The notes under the pieces: model-generated
Seen by the model: the letters and a program-made list of their open reading frames with translations, nothing else
Database searches by the model: none
What the model was told of the DNA's origin: nothing
Position numbers and translations under genes: made by a program
NCBI GenBank assembly: GCA_964570795.1
Contig: CAZMYZ010000001.1
Span: 42,722-106,721 of the forward strand
From: an uncultured Candidatus Saccharibacteria bacterium
Lineage (GTDB): Bacteria > Patescibacteriota > Minisyncoccia > Phycocordibacterales > UBA918
DNA: 64,000 nucleotides
Reading direction: 5' to 3'
Shown: positions 38,425-48,168 of the stretch, in pieces
Layout of the letters: every line of letters starts with the position of its first letter
Numbering within the stretch: position 1 is the first letter of the stretch

Positions 38425-38751
38425 TTGTAAGCGTTTGTGATCGCCCTATACGCTTAGGCATATGGGGAGGAAAGTCCGAACACACACCAGGGAAATCCTG
38501 GAAGGGTAGCGGGTAACGCCCGTCGTGGGTGACCATAGCGTTGCGAACAGAAACGACCCGGTTAAGTCCGGCTGAAACGGCTAAATACGTACTTGTGTGC
38601 AAGGCCGTGTCCAGTGAAATAGAGTTGCTTTGCAACTCTTAGTGTTCCGCACATTTCACCAGGAAGTGCCGCATGAGCGCATTGGTAACAATGCGCCTAG
38701 GTAAATGATCACACTGGTTTTCCAGACAGAATTCGGCTTATAGACGTACAA
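38425..38751 (+). ncRNA. rnpB: RNase P RNA (compact)
   Basis: gaggaaagtccg, acagaaa, tgaaacggc, gtgcaagg, acagaattcggctta conserved regions; TATAAT upstream and terminator downstream. Confidence 0.93.
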
Positions 38752-38780
38752 ACAGACGCCCCTTCAAGGGGCGTCTGTTT
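38750..38780 (+). terminator. rnpB terminator
   Basis: aaacagacgcccctt-c-aaggggcgtctgttt. Confidence 0.75.
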
Positions 38781-38844
38781 GTATGTTAGAATTATCACTA
38801 TTGATAAGAGAAGATTAATCGAGGTTAACGTATTACGTATTTAT

Positions 38845-41328
38845 ATGCCCGAAGAACAAGTTCGCCAGAATGATCCTATTGCTGCTGCATTGTCGCGATT
38901 TGCACAAAATGTCCTTGTAGTAATATTTGGATTGCTACCACTCTTTTTTATTCCATCAGTCACTGCACCATTTGAGTATACAAAAGTCTTTTTGGTGGTT
39001 GCTGGACTTCTTGTTGCGCTCGTACTATATAGTCTCTCAGTACTGCGTTCGGGTGTGGTCTCTGTGGGGGTATCTTACACACTTCTCGCGCTATGGGGAG
39101 TAGTAGGTATGTCTTTTGCATCATCGCTACTTTCAGGTGACTTCAAAGATTCACTGGTAGGTGATTTGTTCAGTATTCACTCGACGGTATTCGTCGCGAT
39201 ACTCGCGCTTATTCCTACGGTGTGGGTGCTTTTGAAATCAAATAAAGCATCAGTGATGCGTATGTATGTGCTCTTTGCGGTAAGTACACTTGTGCTCGTA
39301 ATCTTCCATGTATTGCGTCTTATCTTTGGAGCAGAGTTTCTTTCGTTTGGTATTTTCACAAGTAACGTGTCGACACCAGTAGGGAGTTGGAATGATCTCG
39401 CGTTGTTCCTCGGTCTCACGATTATCCTTTCTCTTGTTGCGCTTGAGCAACTCAATCTCACCCGTGCAGGGCAATTGCTTTTTGCAGGAGTTACCCTCGT
39501 GTCGCTCTTTATGCTTGGGGTCATCAACTTCTTTATTGTATGGCTCATCCTTGGTCTTACAAGTTTAGTAATGGTGGTCTATTCCCTTGGGAAAGAACGC
39601 TTTACGGGCAGCCAACTCTCATTCACTCCTTCGGTGCGTACATTCAATAGTACTGCACTCGCCACCACACTCATTGTGTTTGGTGCTTCAGCACTCTTTG
39701 TGGTTGGTGGAGCAACACTTGGCGGCATGATCGCAAAGCATACGGGAGTTTCCTATGTGGAGGTGCGCCCTTCGTTCGAATCCACAGCAAATATCGCACG
39801 AAGTGTGTATAGCGAAAATGCGTTTCTCGGTATCGGCGCAAATAAATTTACTGATGCATGGCGTCTCTACAAAGACAATGCTATCAACATGACCCCATTC
39901 TGGAATACTGAGTTTAATGCAGGTAATGGTTACCTTACTACCTTCTTTGTGACGACCGGTGTTCTTGGAGGTGTTGCATGGATTATATTCTTTGGTGTCT
40001 ATATGGTGACTGGTGTCCGCAGACTGCTTGGTGCTGCAGAGGGGGATAGACTTTGGTATTTCATTGGCGTTTCCTCGTTTGTGAGTGCACTCTATATCTG
40101 GGGAATGTCGATAGTCTATGTGCCGGGGGTGGTCATCCTTCTTCTTGGTGCATTGTGCACAGGTGTTTCACTCACTGCCTTTTCGGTGCTTGATGCCGCG
40201 CATCCACGTTTGATTTCTGTGGGTACCAACCGACGTTCAGGCTTTATTCTCACGATGGTAGTGATTACTCTTATTATTGGTTCGGTGAGTGTGCTCTATG
40301 TTGCAGGACGACACTATTCATCGGTCTATACCTTTAATGAAAGTGTCCGTGCAATGCAAGAAGGAAAAAGTATTGATGAACTCGAACAAAAAGTGGAAAG
40401 CGCTTACAAACTTTCTTCGAGTGATATATTTGCGCGTCGTATTGCTGAATATCAACTTGCTCGTATGAGTGCATTGGTTGCGCTCAAGGAGCCTACTGAT
40501 GAAGATAGAGCACAATTTGAACGTGTGAGTATTATGGGTATCAACGCCGCTCAGCAGGCAGTACTTATGGATAGCCAGGAACCGACAAATTGGTCAGTAC
40601 TTGCAGGAATGTACAGTGTACTGGCGACAGTGGGGATCGAAGGCGCACAAGACCGCGCTCTTGAAGCTCTCCAGAAATCGCGTGCACTCAATCCAAAGAA
40701 TCCACTCCCATACCTTGAGTCAGCATTGGTAGAGGGACGTGCAGGGCGCACAGACCTTTCACGTGAGTACATCAATCAAGCAATTGCACTGAAGCCTAAC
40801 TACACCGAAGCATTTTATTTTCTTTCGCAACTTGAAATAGCAACAGGAAATGTAGAGGGCGCTGTTAAATCAACACAGTCTATTATTACGCTTGAGCCGA
40901 ATAATCCAGCACGGTACTACCAACTTGGTGTGCTTGAAAGTTCTCGCAATAATCTTGATGGTGCAATAGTTGCCTTTGAACAAGCAATAAAACTTGATAC
41001 CAACTACGCAAATGCACGCTACCTCCTCGCCATTGCGTATGACGCAAAGGGTCGTGGTGCAGATGCAAAGGCACAACTCGAAGCAGTGCTTGCACTCAAT
41101 CCTGGTAATACTGAAGTGACCGCACTCATCGATATTCTTTCGAAGGATGGTTCACTCGCACGTCTCCGTGAATCAGCAACGCAAACAACACAGATAGTGA
41201 ACGAGGCGACACCGGTAACCGATGAAAATGGTACAGTAAGTACCACACAGGCGGGTGAGACTGATTTGGTAACACCGGTGAACACCGCACCAAAGATAGA
41301 AGAAGAAACACCCGAAGCAGCACAATAA
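38845..41328 (+). CDS. Polytopic membrane protein with C-terminal TPR repeats (O-antigen ligase/Wzy-like N-terminus)
   Basis: More than 12 TM, then TPRs (AIALKPNYTEA, LEPNNPARYYQLG). Confidence 0.75.
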   Translation: MPEEQVRQNDPIAAALSRFAQNVLVVIFGLLPLFFIPSVTAPFEYTKVFLVVAGLLVALVLYSLSVLRSGVVSVGVSYTLLALWGVVGMSFASSLLSGDFKDSLVGDLFSIHSTVFVAILALIPTVWVLLKSNKASVMRMYVLFAVSTLVLVIFHVLRLIFGAEFLSFGIFTSNVSTPVGSWNDLALFLGLTIILSLVALEQLNLTRAGQLLFAGVTLVSLFMLGVINFFIVWLILGLTSLVMVVYSLGKERFTGSQLSFTPSVRTFNSTALATTLIVFGASALFVVGGATLGGMIAKHTGVSYVEVRPSFESTANIARSVYSENAFLGIGANKFTDAWRLYKDNAINMTPFWNTEFNAGNGYLTTFFVTTGVLGGVAWIIFFGVYMVTGVRRLLGAAEGDRLWYFIGVSSFVSALYIWGMSIVYVPGVVILLLGALCTGVSLTAFSVLDAAHPRLISVGTNRRSGFILTMVVITLIIGSVSVLYVAGRHYSSVYTFNESVRAMQEGKSIDELEQKVESAYKLSSSDIFARRIAEYQLARMSALVALKEPTDEDRAQFERVSIMGINAAQQAVLMDSQEPTNWSVLAGMYSVLATVGIEGAQDRALEALQKSRALNPKNPLPYLESALVEGRAGRTDLSREYINQAIALKPNYTEAFYFLSQLEIATGNVEGAVKSTQSIITLEPNNPARYYQLGVLESSRNNLDGAIVAFEQAIKLDTNYANARYLLAIAYDAKGRGADAKAQLEAVLALNPGNTEVTALIDILSKDGSLARLRESATQTTQIVNEATPVTDENGTVSTTQAGETDLVTPVNTAPKIEEETPEAAQ

Positions 41329-43014
41329 ATGGTTCAAAACGTATTTAGAATTATGTATAAGGAGGTACGCGGCTTACATCAAGCCGCGTATGTTCTTGCG
41401 ATTTTTACATTTGGTTCCCAACTACTTGCATTGGTGCGCGATAGACTCCTTGCACACCAATTTGGTGCAAGTATTGAACTCGACCTCTATTACGCAGCAT
41501 TTCGTATTCCCGATGTACTCTATGTGATTTTTGCATCAACGCTTTCGGTGTATGTACTTATTCCATTTCTCGCTAAAAAAACAGAAACTGGTGTTCCTTA
41601 TGCTGCACAAAATTTGTTGTCACAGTTTTTCTCGTTGTTCATTATGCTTTATGGTGCGGTGGCGCTCATTGCGATGCTGTGTGCACCACTCATTGTGGTG
41701 TACGTATTTCCAGGATTTGTAGGAGAAAGTGATATGCTCGTTGCACTCATACGTCTCCTCCTCATTCAGCCGTTCCTTCTTGGCATCTCAAGCCTTTTCA
41801 GTATTGTGACGCAGATGGAACATCGCTTCATTCTCTATGCGCTCAGCCCACTTCTCTATAACCTTGGTATTATCGCAGGGCTCTTGTTCTTATATCCAAG
41901 TATGGGTGTGTATGGACTTGTGTTCGGTGTACTTCTGGGGGCGTTGGGGCATGTGTGTATCCAGATACCATCGGTGGTGAGAAGTCCTCTTGCACCACGC
42001 TTTGTCCGTGCTTTTGTTCTCGCCGATATTCTCATGGTATGCAAAACATCATTTACCCGTGCACTTACACTCTCATTACACCAATTGGTGCTCTTGGGTT
42101 TTGTGAGTGTTGCGAGTCTTATGGCGATAGGTTCGGTGTCGGTGTTTCAATTTGCATATAATTTGCAGTCAGTGCCACTTGCAATTATTGGCGTGAGTTA
42201 TTCGGTTGCTGCCTTTCCACTCCTTGCGCAACTGTATGCTGAAAAGCAGTATGCGCAGTTTGCGCACAACATCACGACAGCCCTTAAGCATATTTTCTTT
42301 TGGTCGCTTCCGGTGATTGCGCTCCTTGTGGTGATTCGTGCACAGTTTGTGCGCGTCGTCCTTGGGTCGGGTGCTTTTGATTGGAGCGACACACGTCTCA
42401 CCGCAGCGGTCCTCGCACTTTTTATTCTTTCACTCACCGCACAGACTGTACATCTCCTTATCGTGCGCGCACTCTATGCGGTAGAAAACAGCAGACTTCC
42501 ATTTTACGTAACGCTTTTTTCTTCTGCTCTTGCACTCTGTGGTGCGTACGCATTTCATACGATACTGCTCGCACAGGGTGATTTTTATACACTCATAGAG
42601 CGCCTCATGCGCCTTGAAGGTGTTTCGGGTATTGAAGTACTTGCACTCCCGCTTGGGTATTCATGTGCACTCATTGTGCATAGTGTCGCGCTGCTCATAC
42701 TCGCACGCACTCATGTATTCATTCAGAGCAGAACACTCATCGCACCATTCATACAGTCTTTCATCTCAGCACTCTTTGCAGGGTATGTTGCCTATACGCT
42801 CTTGAATTATTTCGTTCTCGTATTTACCGTTGATACTCTTCTCACGGTGTTTGCACAAGGATTCTTTGCAGCAGTGGGAGGGTGTGTTGGATACGTTGCT
42901 CTCCAGTACTTGTTCAAAAACGAGGAACTTATTGAAATTTCGAAGACTCTCCATAAACGCTTTTTGCGCCGTGATGTGGTGATACCTCAGGATGAAGACA
43001 CTCTTTCAGTTTAG
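41329..43014 (+). CDS. murJ: Lipid II flippase
   Basis: LLALVRDRLLAHQFG, DLYYAAFRIPD, LQSVPLAIIGVS. Confidence 0.88.
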   Translation: MVQNVFRIMYKEVRGLHQAAYVLAIFTFGSQLLALVRDRLLAHQFGASIELDLYYAAFRIPDVLYVIFASTLSVYVLIPFLAKKTETGVPYAAQNLLSQFFSLFIMLYGAVALIAMLCAPLIVVYVFPGFVGESDMLVALIRLLLIQPFLLGISSLFSIVTQMEHRFILYALSPLLYNLGIIAGLLFLYPSMGVYGLVFGVLLGALGHVCIQIPSVVRSPLAPRFVRAFVLADILMVCKTSFTRALTLSLHQLVLLGFVSVASLMAIGSVSVFQFAYNLQSVPLAIIGVSYSVAAFPLLAQLYAEKQYAQFAHNITTALKHIFFWSLPVIALLVVIRAQFVRVVLGSGAFDWSDTRLTAAVLALFILSLTAQTVHLLIVRALYAVENSRLPFYVTLFSSALALCGAYAFHTILLAQGDFYTLIERLMRLEGVSGIEVLALPLGYSCALIVHSVALLILARTHVFIQSRTLIAPFIQSFISALFAGYVAYTLLNYFVLVFTVDTLLTVFAQGFFAAVGGCVGYVALQYLFKNEELIEISKTLHKRFLRRDVVIPQDEDTLSV

Positions 43015-43053
43015 TGCAGTTTCGGGAGTCTATGGTAGAGTAGGGAACACAGT

Positions 43054-44838
43054 ATGAAGCAAATACGCAATTTTTCTATTATCGCACACATCGACCATGG
43101 TAAGTCGACCTTGGCTGACCGTATGCTCGAAATTACGCATACGGTAGAGGCGCGCAAGATGAAAGAGCAGGTACTCGACTCCATGGATCTTGAGCGTGAG
43201 CGTGGTATCACCATTAAAATGCAGCCGGTGCGCATGGAACACACTTTTAATGGTGTTGTGTATGAACTCAATCTCATCGACACTCCGGGGCACATCGACT
43301 TTTCATATGAGGTATCACGTGCGCTCAAGGCGGTGGAAGGAGTACTTTTGCTTGTCGATTCAACACAGGGTGTGCAGGCACAGACACTCTCGGTACTCAG
43401 CATGGCGCGCGAGCAGGGACTTACTATTATCCCCGTCCTTACAAAAATTGACGTTCCACATTCACGCCGCGAAGAAGTCATGGGTGAAGTGGTGACACTC
43501 CTTGGGTGTTCTCCTGAGGAAATTCAGTTTGTATCTGGAAAGACGGGGGAGAATGTAAAAGAGTTGCTCGACACCATCTGTGAGCGTATTCCACCACCAA
43601 AAGAAGCTGCAAACGATTCTTTCCGTGGTCTAGTATTTGATTTTCACTACTCCAATCACCGTGGAATTATTGTGTATTTTCGTGTATTCGATGGCAAGGT
43701 GCGGAAAGGTGACACGTTACGCTTTATAGCGGCCGGCCGCACGTTTAATGTGCTTGAGGTAGGTATTCAGTCACCACAGGAGACTCCGGTACAGGAACTT
43801 AATGCAGGCGAAATTGGCTACATTGTGACTGGCATCAAGGAGCCAGGAGTTGCTTCGGTGGGTGATACACTTGCCCTTGAGAAGGGGAGTAGAGAGCCTT
43901 TGGTGGGGTATCAGTCGGTACCGCCTGTGGTGTGGGCGTCAGTATTCCCAGAAAGTCAGGATGATTTTACTATTTTAAAGCAAGCGCTTGATAGATTGAA
44001 GATGTCTGATTCCTCGCTTTCCTACGAAGAAGAGTCCTCGGGGCTTCTCGGCCGTGGGTTCCGCTGTGGTTTTCTCGGTATGCTTCATTTAGAGATTGTG
44101 ACCGAGCGACTACGACGTGAGTTTGATATTGAAATCACGATCACCTCACCATCGATTGTGTATGAAATAACATACCCCGATGGACGTATTGAGGAGATAT
44201 ACGCAGCGTCACGATTTCCTGATTTTGGTTCAAAGGTGCAGATTCGCGAACCATGGATTCTTGCACAGATTATTTTGCCACCAACGTATCTGGGTGCGAT
44301 GATGACCCTGCTCTACGACCATGAGGCGAGCGTACTCGAGACTGAGGTTTTTGGTGACGGACGTAATCTCCTTACCGTAGAAATGCCACTCCGTGAACTC
44401 ATGCGTAATTTCTTTGACCGACTCAAGAATGCCACAAGTGGCTATGCATCACTCTCATACGAAATTGCCGAGATGCGCTCTGCCGATGTGTGCCGTCTGG
44501 ATGTACTTATTGCAGAGGAGGTGGTCCCTGCGTTTTCTCGTGTGGTAGGTATTCGCCGTGCAGAAATAGATGCAAAGGCTATTGTAGAGAAACTCTATAA
44601 TACATTGCCGCGACAACTCTTTGTAACCAAAATCCAAGCAAAAGCGATGGGGCGTATCATTTCCTCCCGCACACTATCAGCAATGAAAAAAGATGTGACT
44701 GGCTATCTCTATGGAGGGGATATTACCCGAAAAATGAAACTCCGTGAGAAACAAAAGCGTGGGAAAAAGCGCATGCTCGAGCATGCAAAGGTGAATATTC
44801 CTCCCGATGTCTTTATGAAGATTATTAAGGCAGAATAA
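43054..44838 (+). CDS. lepA: Elongation factor 4
   Basis: IRNFSIIAHIDHGKSTLADR, GFRCGFLGMLH, YGGDITRKMKL. Confidence 0.97.
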   Translation: MKQIRNFSIIAHIDHGKSTLADRMLEITHTVEARKMKEQVLDSMDLERERGITIKMQPVRMEHTFNGVVYELNLIDTPGHIDFSYEVSRALKAVEGVLLLVDSTQGVQAQTLSVLSMAREQGLTIIPVLTKIDVPHSRREEVMGEVVTLLGCSPEEIQFVSGKTGENVKELLDTICERIPPPKEAANDSFRGLVFDFHYSNHRGIIVYFRVFDGKVRKGDTLRFIAAGRTFNVLEVGIQSPQETPVQELNAGEIGYIVTGIKEPGVASVGDTLALEKGSREPLVGYQSVPPVVWASVFPESQDDFTILKQALDRLKMSDSSLSYEEESSGLLGRGFRCGFLGMLHLEIVTERLRREFDIEITITSPSIVYEITYPDGRIEEIYAASRFPDFGSKVQIREPWILAQIILPPTYLGAMMTLLYDHEASVLETEVFGDGRNLLTVEMPLRELMRNFFDRLKNATSGYASLSYEIAEMRSADVCRLDVLIAEEVVPAFSRVVGIRRAEIDAKAIVEKLYNTLPRQLFVTKIQAKAMGRIISSRTLSAMKKDVTGYLYGGDITRKMKLREKQKRGKKRMLEHAKVNIPPDVFMKIIKAE

Positions 44839-44873
44839 AAATCCCCCGCGGCCTACGGCCGCGGGGGATTTTT
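44837..44873 (+). terminator. lepA terminator
   Basis: aaaatcccccgcggcc-tac-ggccgcgggggattttt. Confidence 0.75.
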
Positions 44874-45010
44874 GCTTAGAAACCACTGCCGCCCGAATAT
44901 GCAAAAATCATACTGAGGGCAATAATAATCGCGATGATAGACCAAATCCACTTAATCGTGGTCTTTGTCTTTTTATGAAATAAGAAGCTCATAGGTTACA
45001 ATAGTAACAT

Positions 45011-45412
45011 ATGTTCGATTTTCATGAAAAGCGCAAAATACGGAGTATTGTGTACTCGAAGCCTGTGGTGGCAGTTTTGGTGATTATCACTGTCGTCCTT
45101 TCATTTTCCGTATACCATCGCTATACCGTAGCCGAGGAAATGAAACACAAACTCAATGTACGTGAGGATGAACTGCATGAGTTAGAACAGCGTGCTACGG
45201 TACTTGAATCCAAGGTGCAGTATCTGCGCGATGAGCGCGGGATTGAGGAAGAATTACGTAATCGCTTTGATGTGGTAAAGGAAGGGGAACAGGTGATTAT
45301 TTTGGTGGATGAGCCACAGGGTGGGGAGGGAAAGCGAGAGATACTACCACTCGAAGGCAAAGCACCGCATGCAGAAGATGATTCTTTCCTTGAAACATTT
45401 AAATTTTGGTAA
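45011..45412 (+). CDS. Septum formation initiator family (FtsB/DivIC-like)
   Basis: TM plus coiled-coil plus GIEEELRNRFDVVKEGE. Confidence 0.75.
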   Translation: MFDFHEKRKIRSIVYSKPVVAVLVIITVVLSFSVYHRYTVAEEMKHKLNVREDELHELEQRATVLESKVQYLRDERGIEEELRNRFDVVKEGEQVIILVDEPQGGEGKREILPLEGKAPHAEDDSFLETFKFW

Positions 45413-45454
45413 TTTAGTATATACTGCTAGGACTTAATAATTTAGACTATCAAT

Positions 45455-45691
45455 ATGGATAAAAACGTAATGATTTACAGCACACCAACTTGTCATTTTT
45501 GTCATGCAGCAAAAGATTTTTTCACTGCAAATAATGTTGCTTTCAATGAATACAATGTAGCCGCAGATCTTGAAAAGCGAAAAGAAATGGTAGATATGAC
45601 CGGACAAATGGGTGTACCCGTCATTCGTATTGGTGATGATGTTATTGTCGGTTTCGACGAAGCAAAGATTAAAGAATTGCTCGCGGTATAA
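45455..45691 (+). CDS. Glutaredoxin-like protein (NrdH/YruB type)
   Basis: YSTPTCHFC, GQMGVPV, VGFD. Confidence 0.9.
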   Translation: MDKNVMIYSTPTCHFCHAAKDFFTANNVAFNEYNVAADLEKRKEMVDMTGQMGVPVIRIGDDVIVGFDEAKIKELLAV

Positions 45692-45764
45692 GTATTGCAC
45701 TATAAACCCAACGCACAAAACTAAAAGGAAAACCATCCCGACGGATGGTTTTCTTTATGTTTTG

Positions 45765-45836
45765 TGCCCTAGGCAGGAATCGGACCCACATTGATCCCTT
45801 AGGACGGGACAGTTCTATCCATTGAACTACTAGGGC
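45765..45836 (-). tRNA. tRNA-Arg(CCT)
   Basis: Cloverleaf; anticodon arm gtccc-gt-CCT-aa-gggat; T-loop TCCGATT. Confidence 0.88.
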
Positions 45837-45932
45837 GGTGCATCGATAGTATCATATCAAGAAGATAAATCGAACCATAGTGAATATGGTTGTAACCACA
45901 CACACCATTTTCTATATATATCATCTGCTATA

Positions 45933-46241
45933 ATGCTGTATATGAATGAAAAGGAAAATGACACACATAGAGAAATACTTGTACTTCTCAAGGAGAATTC
46001 TCGGTTAGTAAAAGAAAATAACGAGATGCTCCATAAGATGTATCAGTATGACATGATTACTTTTTGGCTCCGCATTGTGTGGTATGCAGCACTCATTGGA
46101 TTGCCATTTGCAGTGTACTTCTATTTCCTCGAACCCTATTTTGATGCGTTTGGTTCAAACTATGAACTTTTTAGGCAGGGAATGGCAGAAATACCAGGAC
46201 TTAAAGGCCTTGAAACACTCATGCCTTCCATAGGTAATTAG
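45933..46241 (+). CDS. Small membrane protein
   Basis: Coiled-coil plus one TM. Confidence 0.65.
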   Translation: MLYMNEKENDTHREILVLLKENSRLVKENNEMLHKMYQYDMITFWLRIVWYAALIGLPFAVYFYFLEPYFDAFGSNYELFRQGMAEIPGLKGLETLMPSIGN

Positions 46242-46349
46242 TGCGTGTTGTAGCCTTTATAGCCAAATCCCCACACTGTACTGATTTATAAAATATGCTA
46301 CTATCAGTGGGCAGATTTTCTGAGAGTTAAGGAAGCTCTTAGTATTTCT

Positions 46350-46509
46350 GCATTCGCTAAAGCAAGAGAAATCTTTCCGCAGCGGCATTCGGATGAAATG
46401 TATACAAGCATCCACTTCGATCCTCATTTGCTGAGGTAAGAGGAATCTTTCCGCAGCATCATTCGAAACACAAATGCAAAAGTGAACTTTTGCGCTTGGT
46501 TTCTCATTC
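46350..46509 (+). repeat. Degenerate tandem units upstream of tRNA-Phe, each starting with a copy of the leader/tRNA 5' junction
   Basis: cattcgctaaagcaagagaaatctttccgcagc; catttgctgaggtaagaggaatctttccgcagc; then cattcgctgaggtag, the real tRNA start. Confidence 0.75.
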
Positions 46510-46582
46510 GCTGAGGTAGCTCAGTTGGTAGAGCATTTGTCTGAAGAACAAAGGGTCGGCGGTTCGAGCCCGCCCCTCAGCA
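46510..46582 (+). tRNA. tRNA-Phe(GAA)
   Basis: Cloverleaf; anticodon arm tttgt-ct-GAA-ga-acaaa. Confidence 0.95.
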
Positions 46583-46875
46583 CACTGTACACAGAAAGCC
46601 CCGAAAGGGGTCTTTTCTGTGTACAGTGTGCTGAGGGAGCACGATACATAGGCATCGTGCGTGCGGGCTGAAATAGTTTGGGAAACTATTTCAGGAGGTT
46701 GTCGATATTTTGACGTAAGGAAAAATATCATACAACCTGAACTGAAGCAGTAGGCTTCGAAAGGCGGAATGATGTTGCTTTGCAACGAATGAGCCAGGGC
46801 AGGAGGCACTTAGTATTTTGTGAGGTAACGAAACAAAATACTTAGTGACCTGCGCCGAGCCTGCCACTCACTACC
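46583..46875 (+). repeat. tRNA-Phe 3' trailer element (nested hairpins)
   Basis: Hairpin, then antisense tgtgctgaggg[hairpin]gcgggctgaa, shared modules, and a decayed sense copy gccgagcctgccactca. Confidence 0.8.
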
Positions 46876-47088
46876 ACGCTTCTACCAAATTCTATTTAGC
46901 AACTTGATGCCAGTATACAGAAACACCACCCAATAAAGGGTGGTGTTTCTTGTTCCCATAGGGCTGACCTATGTAATCAGAGTGTCAGCGAATTGCTGGC
47001 GGACGCCGTGCCCTCCTCTCATTCGTCAGCGAACAGATTGTAAGTCATCAAAAAAATAGGCTCCAAAGCGGAGCCTATCATAGAGCGT

Positions 47089-47337
47089 TTAGTCCTCGGC
47101 CATCCCTGCAATTGCTTGCTGTTGGCGCTTTTCCAGTTCCTTTCCTTCCTTGGTGACATAGGTGAGCCCTTGCAGGACTCCATTATGGAAGTGGACTTCC
47201 AGATAGTCATCAGAACCATCCAGATTGAAAAACATGTGTCCGTCTACACCTGAGCCAGTCTGTTTGGTTTGGGATACAGCATCGAATGCAGCGAGGATCC
47301 GTATCCTTGCATCAGCAAAAAGTTGTTCATTAGCCAT
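47089..47337 (-). CDS. Hypothetical protein
   Basis: AAGGAG SD before ATG at 47337 (MANEQLF...). Confidence 0.55.
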   Translation of the reverse strand: MANEQLFADARIRILAAFDAVSQTKQTGSGVDGHMFFNLDGSDDYLEVHFHNGVLQGLTYVTKEGKELEKRQQQAIAGMAED

Positions 47338-47450
47338 GGCTATCTCCTTTTCGTTGGGAACTGCTTTCAAGAGAGTATCACTTTGTGCTATATGATGCAA
47401 AATAAAAATACCGCTGCTAAACAAACGGTATTTTTATAAGAATGTAAATC

Positions 47451-48032
47451 CTATCTCGACTGCTGGACGCTCACGGTCACAGTCGTCTCTCCTTCAGCAC
47501 TTCCAATATAGACAACAACATTCTCCTCTTCGCCCTTTGTTGCGGTAATCATTGAGCCGTCACCGGTTGCCATGGTTGCTTGAATTTCCCAACCCTGTAT
47601 TTCAAGTGTTGATTTGAAATACTCGGTAACTTCTGTTGTTGAGTCTTTTGTAGTATAAACCACTGAAAGTCCTGCAGTGTCTGCGCCACCTGTATTCATT
47701 GAGCCTGCGTAACTGAGACGAGCATCAGAGGGGAGGGGTACTGAACTTGGCCAATTATCAGGAAGTGAAACATTGTTTCCTGCTGACACATTGTATTCTT
47801 CGCCATTGTCACCAGTGACTCGCATACTACCATCGTTGTCGATATCAATGTCGACATCACCCCCGGTCGCTTGCTCGAGAGCACGCTCTACTGCTCGTTC
47901 TGGAGAGAAGAGTGATTGTGCTCCATAAAGAACGATGAGTGCAATAACACCAATAATAATCCATTTTGTATAATCTTGTTTTTTGCTTTCCGTTGGCGCA
48001 CTTAGAGGAGTTTGTTCTGGTATTTCATTCAT
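47451..48032 (-). CDS. Hypothetical membrane-anchored protein
   Basis: One TM, LPDNWPSSVP, YFKSTLEIQGW. Confidence 0.7.
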   Translation of the reverse strand: MNEIPEQTPLSAPTESKKQDYTKWIIIGVIALIVLYGAQSLFSPERAVERALEQATGGDVDIDIDNDGSMRVTGDNGEEYNVSAGNNVSLPDNWPSSVPLPSDARLSYAGSMNTGGADTAGLSVVYTTKDSTTEVTEYFKSTLEIQGWEIQATMATGDGSMITATKGEEENVVVYIGSAEGETTVTVSVQQSR

Positions 48033-48168
48033 AAGAGTTACCTACTTACGTCTGATAATAAAATTACGACATACTCATTATAATTCAGAATGTATGGGTC
48101 GTATATATACAAAAACTCCCCCGCGGTGTAGCCGCGGGGAAGTTTTTTGATGTTTATGGATGTATAGA

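Noticed and set aside
46350-46515. CRISPR array (also considered for 60839-61043)
   Set aside because: Only 2-3 degenerate units, the repeats derive from tRNA ends or scaffolds, the spacers are themselves hairpins, and no cas genes are in the window.
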